A DNA stretch of 63,798 bases, counting the filler, from Octopus bimaculoides (Eukaryota), in assembly GCF_001194135.2 (NCBI RefSeq). It is 7 parts of 6 records of this genome, joined end to end, with 100 filler letters (N's around TTAATTAATTAA, not from the genome) between each part and the next. Parts side by side here need not be neighbours in the genome. Positions count along the whole stretch, not along the records: positions 25,352 to 44,463 come from NC_068992.1; 6 more parts are not named here. One strand, given 5' to 3'. How positions within the stretch are numbered: the stretch's first letter is position 1; each line of letters begins with the position of its first letter. This document shows positions 25,742 to 37,807 of the stretch, piece by piece. A program made the position numbers and the translations under genes. The notes under the pieces are model-generated. The model did not search any database. It worked only from the letters and a program-made list of their open reading frames with translations, and was not told where the DNA came from.

Positions 25742-28400
25742 GCATCATCATCATCATCATCGTCATCGTCGTCGTTGTCATCATCGTCGTTTAACGTCTG
25801 CTTTCCATGCTCGCATGGGTTGGGTGGTTTGACTAAGGACTGGCAAGCCAGGTGGCTGCACCAGACTCCAATCTGATCTGGCAAGGTTCTACAGCTGGAT
25901 ACCCTTCCTAACACCAACCACTCTGAGAGTGTAATGAGTGCTTTTTACACACAACTGGCATGAGAGCCAATCAGGTGGCACTGGCATTGGCCACACTCCT
26001 ATGGTGCATTTTACGTGTCACTAGCACAGGTGCCATTCAGGTAGTACTGGCATTGGCCATGACAGCGATTTTACTTGACTCAATAGGTCTCCTCAAGAAC
26101 AGCACATTGCCTGACAACTGAAGGAAACTCTTAAATGGACTGGTTATGCAACACTGGCATAGGCCATAGATACTATCTCATTTAGCTTGCCAGGTCACCC
26201 CAAGCACAGCATATCTCCAAAGGTCTTGGTCACTTGTCAATGCCTCAGAGAGGCCCAACATTCAAAGGTCATACTTCACCACCTCATCCCAGGTCTTCCT
26301 GGGTCTATCTCTTCCACAGGTTCCTTCCACTTCTTTACACAGCTGTCCTCATCCATGCGTAACACATGACAATACCAGCACAATCGTCTCTCTCTTGCAC
26401 AGCACGCCTGATGCTTCTTATGTTCAACTTTTCTCTCAAGGCACTTACACTCTGTCGTGTATGCACACTGACATTACACATCCACTAGACCTTGCTTCCA
26501 CACCTGAAACCTCTCCTCTTGATCCGGTAGTAACTCAGCTATTAGAGCAAGGTCATCTGCATAGAGGAGCTCCCAGGAGCAGCCTGTCTCGAATTCCTCT
26601 GTTATTGCCTAGAAGACTATGATGAATAAGAGGGGGCTGACGACTGATCCTTGATGGACCCCCAACTCCTACCTGAAATTCTAGTTTCCACATTAACCAC
26701 CAGATAACGGATTGGGGGACCCTGTCAAAGGCTTTCTCCATGTCAATGGAAACCAAGTAAAGAAGTTTATATTTGGCTAGGAATTTCTCCTGCAGCTGTC
26801 TTACCAGAAATATAGCATCAGTGGTGCTTCTCCCTGGCACAAAGCCAAACTGCATCTCATCTAAACTAACTTTCTCCCTAATTAGTTGGGCTCTGACCCT
26901 CTCTATGACTGATCCAACAATTTGATACTTCTGTAATTATTCATATCTAATGCATCACCTTTACCTTTGTAGTAGTTGACTATGGTGCTGCTACATCAGT
27001 CATTGGGTATGACTCCTTCATGTATCACCTTGTTGACTATATGAATGACTAGACTTTAGCTTACACCACCAGATATTTTAAGCATCTCTGCAGTGATTCC
27101 TGATGGGCCAAAGGCTTTGCCCAACTCCATGCCCTTAATTGTTTTATCTACCTGGGTACTGTCATTTCGGATAGCTGGTCCCTCTGTTGGGTCAACATTT
27201 GGAAGATTCTCTTTCTCCCATTCATTCTCTTCATTTAGCAACCATTCATAGTGGCATCTCCAAGTCTCTCACTTTGCAGCATCATTAAATGCAAGTGCAC
27301 CATCATCCATGCGAACACATTTCTCTCCTATGACATCACAATATTCTCTCACACTGTCTTTTCTCCTCTGGCTAAGTAAACCTGTCTCCTAGCTTCCCTT
27401 CTAATGATCTGATGTAGTTCCCTGCTATTACCACACTTCCAGTCCTTCCATACCTGTTTCTTTTCCTTAATAGCCCTGTTATCTACATTGTTCCACCACT
27501 ACATTACCTTAGGTCGAGAGGGGACTTTGCACCATCAACAGATCTGATCAATAGCCCTCAACAGATTATTCCATAGGAACCTCCAGTTGTCCTCCACGTT
27601 ATGGGATGCTACATCCTCCTCTTTTTCGTCAGAAGCTTCAAGTAATACCTCTCTAAATCTCTGTCCATTCACAGGATCTTTAAGCTTCCAGACACTTCTT
27701 TTCCACGTTGGTTGTCTTCTGGGCAGCCATTTAGCCCTCATCCTGAAGTCACTAACTACTAACCTATGTTGTGGGGTACCTTCTTCACCAGGGAAGGTCT
27801 TGGCATTTATAAGTAGCCATCTTTCCCGTTTCCTGGCAAGAATGTAGTCAATTGGACAAGAGTGTCCACCAGACTAGGAGGTGAACAGGTGACTGGCAGG
27901 ATTCTTGAAGCTAGTATTTACAGATCATAAGATCATTTGCATCACAGAACTCCAGTAGCCTGGTTCTCTCCTCATTATGGGAGCCAAATCTGTAGCCACC
28001 ATGTACACCATGGAAGCTTCCTGGATGTTGTCCAACATGCCCATTGAAGTTGCCCGCCATTTGTCGATGAGGTAGTCTGCAAGAGGGTGTCATAAAAACA
28101 GTCTCTCTGTTCATCAGTGTTCCCTGCCCAAAAAATTTCATACCTATGTTCTTTGCCTGTCAAGAACCTAGTAGAACTTCCTCTCCACCTTACTTCTTGG
28201 ATGCAGCACAGATCTACATGTCTCTGTTCAAGCATCTCAACAATCTCACCAGACCTACCTTTCAATGTGCCAACATTAAGTGTGCCAACTCTAAGGGTGT
28301 GGAAAGTGTGACCCTGTGACGCATCATGCATCTGAAAAGAAAACTTGCATTTGGCAGACCTCGTAGATATACAATAGCCTTCAACCTGTATACACTATAC
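25742..28400 (-). mobile_element. RTE-clade LINE, degenerate (APE + RT + tail)
   Basis: Endonuclease LRVGTLNVGTLKG, DLCCIQEVRWRG, AGNFNGHVG; [51 protein letters not shown]; (CAT)n tail. Confidence 0.92.
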
Positions 28401-30300
28401 CATCATTTTATGTGCTACACAATTACTACATTCCTTAGGAGATAAACACTAGGTAGGGGTGAGGGCAGCGTTCCGTATAGTGGGCCATTGGAAGTGCTCA
28501 GGAGAAAGACATTTGGTAGTGGAAAGAGGATAAAGACTTCCAGTATAAGTGGTGACAGTGGGAGGGGAGAGCACACTGTGAAATGGCGAAAGCACTCTGG
28601 CTGCCAATGTGAAAGATAAAGAGCACTACACTTTTGCATTTTTAACCATAGTTATAGCTGTAACCCATGGTACATGGGTTACTGTGACAAAATTAGATAA
28701 ATAAATGAATAACAATAATAAATGAGTGTGAAAATGAAGATGAGGGAGAATTGGATAGAACATAGGGTTTAGGGTTTCTTAAGTGTACTATAACATATGG
28801 CATGGAACAGACGAAAACTGTGTGGGTACATCGATAAATAAGTAATCATAGTTTGCACTGTAGATGAGGTTTTTAGATGTGTGCTAGGTTGGAAAGAAAA
28901 AGTTGCTTATCTGAACATCTTCTGACTTCCACTTCATGAGACTGCCAGTGATGCAATAAAATGTACCAGTACACATTATGAATGAATGGCTCGCATCTGT
29001 AATTTCCAACATTGCAACAGGAATAGCATCACTCATCAACAATCATTCAAGCTCAAGACAGGATACTCGTGATTCTAGCCAGTACTAATTTAAGCCACCT
29101 TGGATGGTCATTATACTTATGAAGGGACTTCCTTCACCTAGGTCTCACTGGGTCAGTTGAAAGGTAAATCCAGTATATCAAAGAAAGATGACTGGATACA
29201 TGAGTTGCCAAAAACAATCAGCAATTCTAAACTAAAAAGGTTTATTTGGGCTCCACTTCATTACTGGCTTGATAAATAGCTGTTGATATTTTGCTAATTT
29301 CATCTACTTTGTAATTAGATGTTGCTTTTTGTCCTTATGTTCTCCACACCAGGGAGCAACCTAAGCCTTGCCAGCTTAGTTACTGTCAATCCCACCAATG
29401 AAACATGAACTGCTGGTTTTCATGATTACCAATAGTAAATAATTTTTGACACAAAATTCACACTATAAGACAAGAAAGTTGGCTTGCTTTTGTTGTTGCT
29501 CAGTATGCCAGATGATATATGCCACAAGTTACATGTATGCATGTATGCACATATGTATGCATGTATGCATACATGTATACATGAATGCATACATGAATGA
29601 CTGCAATCCAATGACTAAAATAAAACAAGAACAAGAACAAAAGAATAATACCAAACTATACATGAGATAAGCTTGACAATCCCTTATGATAAAGCTTATG
29701 CTACCTGAGCTTATTCATTCAATTCTTCAACAATTACAAAATCCTCCATACATAACAAAATAAGCTGAACAAAAAACTGGATTGAATATTTTGAAACTAC
29801 TACACAGTATCAAATGTTGCTTGAATGAATGAGCAATAGCATCTTAACATAAACTTCTTCACTACCACTACCATAATTCAAACCACTACTATCACAACAA
29901 TTATTATTATCCAACATCTATTACACTGGCCAACAAAATTTTTGCTGCATTGATACCAACAACTGGTATTACGTAATTTGAGTATGCTGAATTCAAATAT
30001 GAAGTTAGTTGCTCTGTAAGCCCTAGATTTTTTTTCCAAATTTTGAATATTTCCAAGATATGATGTAATCTATCTGATAATTTTCTAATTATGCTATCTT
30101 CAAACTAGGTGGAAAAGAACAAATATCTATGCATTAAGATTCTAACTTTATTCATATATCTGAGTTAGTACACCACAATAAGAATTGGGCTATAAAAAAA
30201 TATTTCTTATTCTGATGCTGAATAAAATAAATGTTATCATGTACCAGTTTTTTTCACCATCTGCTTTTCAGTTGAAAATATATATTATATACAAATGATA

Positions 30301-30686
30301 GGTGTGGCTGTGTGCTAAGAAGCTTGCTTCCCAACCACATGGTTCTGGGTTCAGTCCCATTGCATGGCACCTTGGGCAAGTGTCTTCTACTGTAGCTTTA
30401 GGCCAACCAAAGCCTTGTAAGTGGATTTAGTAGACGGTATCTGAAAGAAGTCTGTCATATCTGTGTGATTTTGTGTCTGTGTCTGTCCCCCAATCACCAC
30501 TTGACAACCAGTGTTGGTGTGTTTATGTCCCCATAACTTAGCAGTTCAGCAAAACAGACCAATAGAATAAGTGTTAGGTTTAAGAAAAAAAAAAGTTCTG
30601 GGATCAATTTGTTCAACTAAAATCCTTCAAGGTGGTGCTCTAGCTTGGCTACAGTCAAATGACTGAAACAAGTAAAAGAATAAAAC
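30301..30686 (+). mobile_element. tRNA-derived SINE family A inserted in Chapaev3
   Basis: GGTGTGGCTGTGTGCTAAG head to GACTGAAACAAGTAAAAGAAT tail. Confidence 0.85.
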
Positions 30687-30734
30687 AATAGTTGAGAAAC
30701 TGATTAGGATGAAAGATAAAACACAAATAGATCT

Positions 30735-32351
30735 TATTCAGACAAGAATGTTCACTTGGAGCTCTTGTATTTGTAGACTTTCTCAGGGAATTCTTGTTTA
30801 ATGCTCCAGCAGTAGTCTGCCATTATGCTTTTATCCCATCACCCTTGATAAAGCACTTCCATGGTCCTGAGGTCCTGGTGGAAGTGCTCCCTTTGTTCAT
30901 CATTTACATATCCAAGGTTTTCGGGGAATTGATCAAGGTGGCTAAACAGGAGATGGAGTTTAACATATATGTTACACCCAAGATCATGGAAAGCTGACAA
31001 CATATTATTGACAAGAATTTCATAATCATCTGCTCTTCTGTTTCCAAGAGAATTTTTATGACTGTTACAAATGGCAGCCATGCTGTTCTTTCCTTGTCAG
31101 TCATCTTTCTGACAAATTCCTCATCACTTACAAGGACATGAATCTGAGGTCTGTCAAACACACCTGATTTGATCTTCTCAAATGATTAACCAAGAAATGC
31201 AGAGACTATATGTTAAAAACATTCACCATCAGTATTCAATGCTTTAGTGATTTGCTTCATCAAGCCCAGCTTCATATGGAGTGGTGAAAAAATATTTGGC
31301 ATACCTGCTTCCAGAGTCTCACAAATGAACCACTTCTGAATCCAGTGTTTCTCTTCATTTCAGCTGTCCCACATGCAGAGATAGCAGGAATACTCTGTCA
31401 AACCTTTTGATTGACCAAGGAGGAAATTGAACCATTTTCAAATCTACACAAATGGTCCAGTTGTGCTCATGATATTTTTGTTGGTCAATAACTATTTTTA
31501 TGTCATTGTATTTCTTCTTCAAAACACACTGAGTGACCAAATGGAACAGCTCCATAAACATTGCCATTGTGTAGAACACATTTCAGGCTGCACTTAGGAC
31601 TATCTAGAAATAGTTGCCAGTCAGTTGAACTGTACAAAGGGATTCCTAATTCCTGAAGAAGACCGAGTTTATCATGGCAGTAAACAAAATGTTTCTCTTC
31701 TGAAAAAAATGACACAAAAATCTGGTCTTGTTTTCAAAAATAAGAATCTTTTGAGCTTGGCCAAGTAGATAATTTTCTTGCAGACTGGACTCTAAAACTT
31801 CAACTGCAGTCTTGGAGAGTCCCAAATCATGCACTAAATCATTCAGTTCTGTTTGGTTAAACTGTTGAGGAGTTGATTTTTCAGTACCATAAGAGAGGTC
31901 TTGGAATTTTGAAGTAATTTGTTGATCTTCTTTATCATCCTCATACTCTTGTTCATTAGCTTTGTCTTCAGAAGAGGTAAATTCAAGGAAAACTGGATGG
32001 GATAAGATATTTTACACCTATTTTTCTTGCTGACGCTTTTGTGTTGCTCATACAAAAATAACAGTCACTTGTGCAGTCTCTGAACTCTTACCAAACCAAA
32101 GGACCTCCAAACAGCAGGGCCTTTCATTTCCCTTTACATCAGTGATGAAGCATTTCCTAACAGTTATGATACACAACATGATGGACACATTTTTTGTCAT
32201 GGTCGCCAAGGAAAATTCCAGAATAAGCATTATAAGCCCATCTCATAAACAATGTGATATTGTGCCGTTGACCAATAAGTGTGAAGGAGCCACAGACATA
32301 GCAAAAGCCATCAGGATTATGCACACACCTATGTCTATTTGAAGAAGCCAT
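30735..32351 (-). pseudogene. Chapaev3-type transposase pseudogene
   Basis: Frameshifted pieces CVHNPDGFCYVCG, DWQLFLDSPKCSLKCVLHNG, WTICVDLKMV, FDRPQI, LFSHLDQFPENLGYVNDEQREHFHQD. Confidence 0.85.
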
Positions 32352-32649
32352 AATCAGACCTGAAAAAACCCAATTTTCAATTCATCGTAAGTAGGATGTA
32401 TGCATTTCATTATGTCAAATTGAACTATAAATGTATGAAAAGTTAATCTTCAAAATGCCAGAAAACTAGAGCATGGAATGCAAAACTGATTATAGATTTG
32501 AAATTAGCACAAAAAAGACAGAATCAGTAAAAACAAAATCTCATGTGATAGAAAATTAAAACAAAATTGTTGTCCAGTGTTATCCCTTATCTAGTGTTAT
32601 AGGTCATGTGCTGGATATCAACAGACACGTCTAAAAACACCTGCTCTAT

Positions 32650-35105
32650 CATCATCATCATCATCATTTAACGTCCATGCTGGCATGGGTTGGACGGTTT
32701 GACTGGGCTGGCATGCTGGAAGGCTACACCAGGATCCAGTCTGATTTGGCATGGTTTTCTATGGCTGGGTGCCTTTCCTAATGCCAACCACTCTGAGAGT
32801 GTAATGGGGGCTTTTACATGTCACTGTATCGGTGCCACTTGCATGATACTGGTATCTAACATGACTGCGATTTTGCTCAGATTGATGGGTCTTCTTCTCA
32901 AGCACGACATAATGCCAAAGGTCTTGGTCATCGCTTCCATGAGACTCAATGCTTGAAAGGAACTCAGCTACCTTACGTCTGTGAGGCCCGTTCAAAAGGA
33001 ACTCAGCCACCTTGCTTCCGTGAGGCCCAACACTCAAAAGGAACTCAGCCACTTTGCCTTCATGTGGCCCAGGATCTCAGCCACTTTGTCTCCATGTGGC
33101 CCAGAAGCTCAGCCACCTCGCCTCTGTGAGGCCCAACACTCAAAAGAAACTCGACCACTTTGCCTCCATGAAGCCTAATGCTCAAAAAGAACTCAGTCAT
33201 TTTGCCTCTGTCAGGCCCAACACTCGAAAGGTACTCAGCCATTTTGCCTCTGTGAGTCCTGAGATTCAAAGGTTGATTTTTGCTTTTTTATATGCCACCA
33301 GCAGAGGTGCACTTGACTTGACAGGTCCTCTTAAGCAGAGCACATCGCCAAAGGTCCCGGTCATTGCCTCTGTGAGGCTCAAAGTTCAAAGGTCATGTTT
33401 CACCATCTCATCCCATGTCTTCCTGGGTCTACCTCTACTACAGGTCCCCTCCACAGTTACAGATCGACACTCTTTACACAACTGTCCTCGTTCATATGCA
33501 TCACATGACCATACCAGCGCAGTCATCTCTCTTGCACACCACATCTAATGCCTTTTATGCCTAACTTTTCTCTCAAGATTTTTACACTCTGTCAAACATG
33601 CATACTGACATTGCACATCCAGCGAAGCATACTGGCTTCATTACTCTAAAGCCTACGCATGTCCTCAGCTGTCATAGCCGACATTTCACTGCCATGTAGC
33701 ATAGCTGTTTGCACACAGGCATCAAACAATCTGCCTTTCACTCTGAGAGAGAGGCCCTTTGTTGCCAGCAGGGGTAGGAGCTCTCTGAACTTTGCCCAGC
33801 TTAATCTTATTCTCACAGCCATGCTCTTGAAACAACCACCTCCACTACTAACCTGGTCACTTAGATACTGGAAGTTATTTGCACCCCTGGCAGTTGATGG
33901 AATCTATTTTCTGCACATGTTCAGCATTTATTATGCCTGTGCACCTTCCACATACAAAAGTTAGTTTCTCTATTAACCTTCCTTTGATGTTGCTGCACCT
34001 TTTATGTGTCCAAAGCTTACACTGGGTGCGTTTTATGGAGTTTCTACCCATACCTTTTCTACAGATTGAGCAGGGCCAGCTACCTGAGGGGATTTGTGAT
34101 TTGTCTGCCTTCCTACTTACTAAGACTTTGGCTTTTGTTAGGTTAACTCTAAGGCCCTTTGACTGTAGGCCTTGTTTCCTTACCTGGAACTGCTTCTCTA
34201 TAAGAGCAAGGTCATCAGCATAGAGGTGCACCCAGGGGCAGCGTGTCTTGAATTCCTCCATTATTGCCTGGAAGACTGATGAACAAGAGGAGGCTGAGCA
34301 CCAAACCTTGGTGAACCACTACTTGAACCCTGAATTCTTCACTGTACTAGTTGCCAACCCTCACCTTACTGGTAGTGTCACCGTACAAGGTTTGTACAGC
34401 TCTCACCAAACACTCATCTATCCCTAGTTTCCGTATTGACCACCAGATAAAGGATCAGAGCTTCCTCCAAGTCAACAAAAGCAGAGTACAGAAATTTATA
34501 TTTGCTTAGGTATTTCTCCTGAAGTTGCCTTACCAGAAATATAGCATCAGTGGTGCTTCTACTTGGCACAAAGCCAAACTGCATCTCATCTAGACTAATT
34601 CTCTCCATGATTAGTTGGGCTATGACTCTCTCCACAACTTTCATCATCTGATCCAACAATTTGATACCTCTGTAATTATTTCTATCTAAGGCATCACCTT
34701 TACCTTTGTAGCAGTTGACTATGGTGCTGCTACACCAGTCATTGGGTATGACTCCTTCATGAACCACCTGATTTACAATATGGGTAACTAGACCATAACC
34801 CACACCGCCAAATATTTTAAGCATCTCAGCAATGACTCCTGATGGGTCAGGGGCTTTCCCTGTCTTCATATCCTTAATTGCTTTATCTACTGGAGTATTG
34901 TCAATTCGGATAGCTGGTCCCTCAGTTGGGTCAACATTTGGCAAACTTTCTTCATTTTCTTCATTCTCCATGTTCAGCAGTCTTTCATAATGGCACCACC
35001 AAGCCTCTTTCTCTGCAGACTCATTAAAAGCAAGTGCACCATCATCCATGCGAACACATTTCTCTCCTATGACATCACAATTTTCTTTCACCCACTGTCT
35101 TGCAA
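32650..35105 (-). mobile_element. RTE-clade LINE, 5'-truncated
   Basis: ORF 34414-35178 (GKAPDPSG, YKGKGDALDRNNYRGIKLL, QFGFVPSRSTTDAIF), LYADDL in 33875-34261, and (CAT)n tail. Confidence 0.92.
32935..33325. repeat. About 42-bp minisatellite (roughly 9 degenerate units) inside the RTE 3' end
   Basis: Unit like CCTCTGTGAGGCCCAACACTCAAAAGGAACTCAGCCACTTTG, with some shortened units. Confidence 0.85.
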
Positions 35106-35185
35106 CCCCAAATACTTCAGTTCGCTGGTCCTCACAGAATTGAACATAGGCAAACTGTTCTATTATTGAAATATACATACACTAG

Positions 35186-35238
<53 letters not shown>

Positions 35239-35536
35239 ATATTTCAGGTTGAGAACTTCAATGTAACTTTTAGATTCTTGCAGGAAACAGTATTCAGGTA
35301 AAATCATATCATTAATGTTTAAACAAGTTATTGAAAATAAAACACCAGGCTTGATAACAAGCAGTAAATATAAAAGCAAATATACAGTTCTGCTTACTTG
35401 TTTCCATCAGCAAATACAAAAGGGATACAAAAATCTGTTAGGAACTGTTCAATAAAATGTAACAAAGTAGCAAATCTGCAAAAGAAAACAGAATAGAATA
35501 GAAGAGAAGAGAAGAGAACAGAACAGAATAGAATAG

Positions 35537-35626
<90 letters not shown>

Positions 35627-36383
35627 AGGAAGGAAGGAAGGGATAAATAAATAAATGAATGAACAGACAAATAGAGACATGGACATACATATAGACTTAA
35701 CATACCTAGACAAAGAGGCATTCATATACAGGTAGATGAATATTATATGTGGAATTATTTAATAATTCTCATAATACTAAACTGTGATTTGACGACAAAT
35801 TTTTCATGAAGCAACATCTTTTTTCCATCAGCTGGATTAAGTGGTCATCAGAGACACAGTAAATACTTGCATTGGAAAAGAACGCATGATCCATGGCTAT
35901 TATTTCTGTAATTTATCTCTTTTATAATATCATCCAAGTCTTGGACATTAACAACCACAAAATAAATTGTATGTATTTCTATAAAAGAAACTTAGAAGAG
36001 AATGTCTTTCCATGTTTTTGTTTGTTTGCTTTTAATAATTAATTTTGTTGTGTTATCATGTCTGAAAAAAAGGAATCATTGACCATAAGATTTAAGGTCT
36101 TGTTTAGTTTTAAGTTTATTTTGCTGAATGTAAGTTGAAAAAAGTTGTCGGTATAATCTAAATATACATGTGATAGAAGAAATAACCTCCATAGTACAGC
36201 AAGGATTTTAAAAAATGCTTGAAACGTTTGTTGTAATGTTATGGGAAGGAGACAGATTGCATATTACTGATGCAGAGACACAGATGCTAGGATATGGTCA
36301 GAAATCATAAATATTTAACATTGCTCCTTTCCTTTTTTAGGTAGCACAAAAATACTGATCACCTAGTCGCTAGTTTTAGAAGA

Positions 36384-36420
36384 ATCACTTCTTGGCCTTT
36401 TGGCTAAGATCAAAGTGTAG
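36384..36420 (+). pseudogene. U2 snRNA 5'-fragment retro-pseudogene (37 nt)
   Basis: ATCACTTCTTGGCCTTTTGGCTAAGATCAAAGTGTAG matches the U2 5' end (AUCGCUUCUCGGCCUUUUGGCUAAGAUCAAAGUGUAG) with two CpG transitions; flanked by TAGTTTTAGAAGA / TAGCTTCAGAAGA (11/13). Confidence 0.85.
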
Positions 36421-37544
36421 CTTCAGAAGATATTAAGACAGAAAACATACTTCCCCCAGTTTTCCTGATGGGTTTCCTTAAAAGCTAAATATTCCACTGT
36501 GTCACTCCGTGTACGTCCATCTTGGATGGCAATTTTGTAGAATGTATCTTCTTTATGAGAGGTAGGAGTTGTTGGTGGTGGCTAAAATTACATATAATTG
36601 GAAGATAATAAAGTCAGTTAGTCAAAATGGTTGAAATGATCTTTCTCAATTAAAGTAGTATAGTTGGTACAGAATGTAAAAGATAATTTTATTTATATCT
36701 TGTCAAATTTGTTTTTAGCTTCTCAAGCTTTTAGAGTCAAATAAGGACAGCAGACCAAACACCAGTAATATGCCAAAACTGAGACAAATAATTATACAAC
36801 TTACAATAAACCCATTTCCTTAAACACAAATATTTCTGCTTGTTGAATGATTCATGTCATTATTTATTACTAAAAAGGGTAGTAACATAACAGAAATGAT
36901 GTAGAACTAAACTGAATGTCTAAAAACTTTATTTTAATTCCTACATATTTTGAATTCAAATACTTCTAGGTTCAACTCCGTACTTTATCCTGCCAGAGTC
37001 AATGAAATAAATATTTGACATGCTTTGATATCAATTCCTCACCCCAACTAATGAGTAAGGCCTGTGTCTATATGACCAATTAATTATAAATTATATGAAT
37101 CTTTAAGTAAGCAGACACCCCTGTCTTGAAGAAAGTAAAGATTTATACAGTTTAATGCAGATTAAAAATCTAGTACTTACATTATTAACTCATTATCACA
37201 GAATGGAATCACCTTCTGTAACTCAAATCATTAAACACCAATAACTAGCTAATGCAGTGCAGTATAAATAGAATGTAAACATAATTGCTTATGACTAGAC
37301 TCATTAATCCTGAAGTGAACATATTTACTTGATGTTTTAGGTATTTAATTCTTACACAAGCTACAGGTTTCACATGGTCAGTAATAAACTTCCATCAATA
37401 AGCTAATAATTTTATTTTAAGATATAACATAAAATTAATATAAACTGAGATAAACAGTACAAAGTATCATGAAGTAACAAGACAATAGAATGACATCAGT
37501 AGAGTAACTTAACATTTGTTCTCTGTTTTTGCTTCTAATGAATT

Positions 37545-37807
37545 TCAGAAATGAATTTCAGAAAAGCAAAAATTAATCAAAACTAAAAAAATCTTTTGTT
37601 CAATTACTGTTGGAAAAGTTGTTGAAAGAGTCCTTTGTAGTGACAGATCTTTCATATTTTCAGTAGGTATCTGTACAGTCATACCACATAACTGATTTTT
37701 GTCAACTGTGTTCATGATTTTCAGAGAAACCCCTTTTCTTTTTGTTAAAATGTCCTCTTCAGATTTTGAGATATCATCTTTAACTGGCAACAGATTCACT
37801 TTGAAAT
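37545..37807 (-). CDS. Possible orphan terminal exon, product unknown
   Basis: Acceptor TTTCATTTTAG|AT then an open frame FKVNLLPVKDDISKSEEDILTKRKG...EIHF-TGA in non-repetitive sequence; no recognisable family and no partner exons found. Confidence 0.2.

Larger units (their letters stand above)
29924..32579 (-). mobile_element. Chapaev3 (CMC superfamily) DNA transposon, full span, decayed
   Basis: TIRs CACTGGCCAACAAAATT / CACTGGACAACAATTTT, 3-bp TSD TTA on both sides; interrupted by a SINE at 30301-30686. Confidence 0.85.

Noticed and set aside
32935-33325. Regularly spaced repeats suggestive of a CRISPR array
   Set aside because: Units are contiguous degenerate copies with no unique spacers, lie in a eukaryotic LINE, and no cas genes are present.
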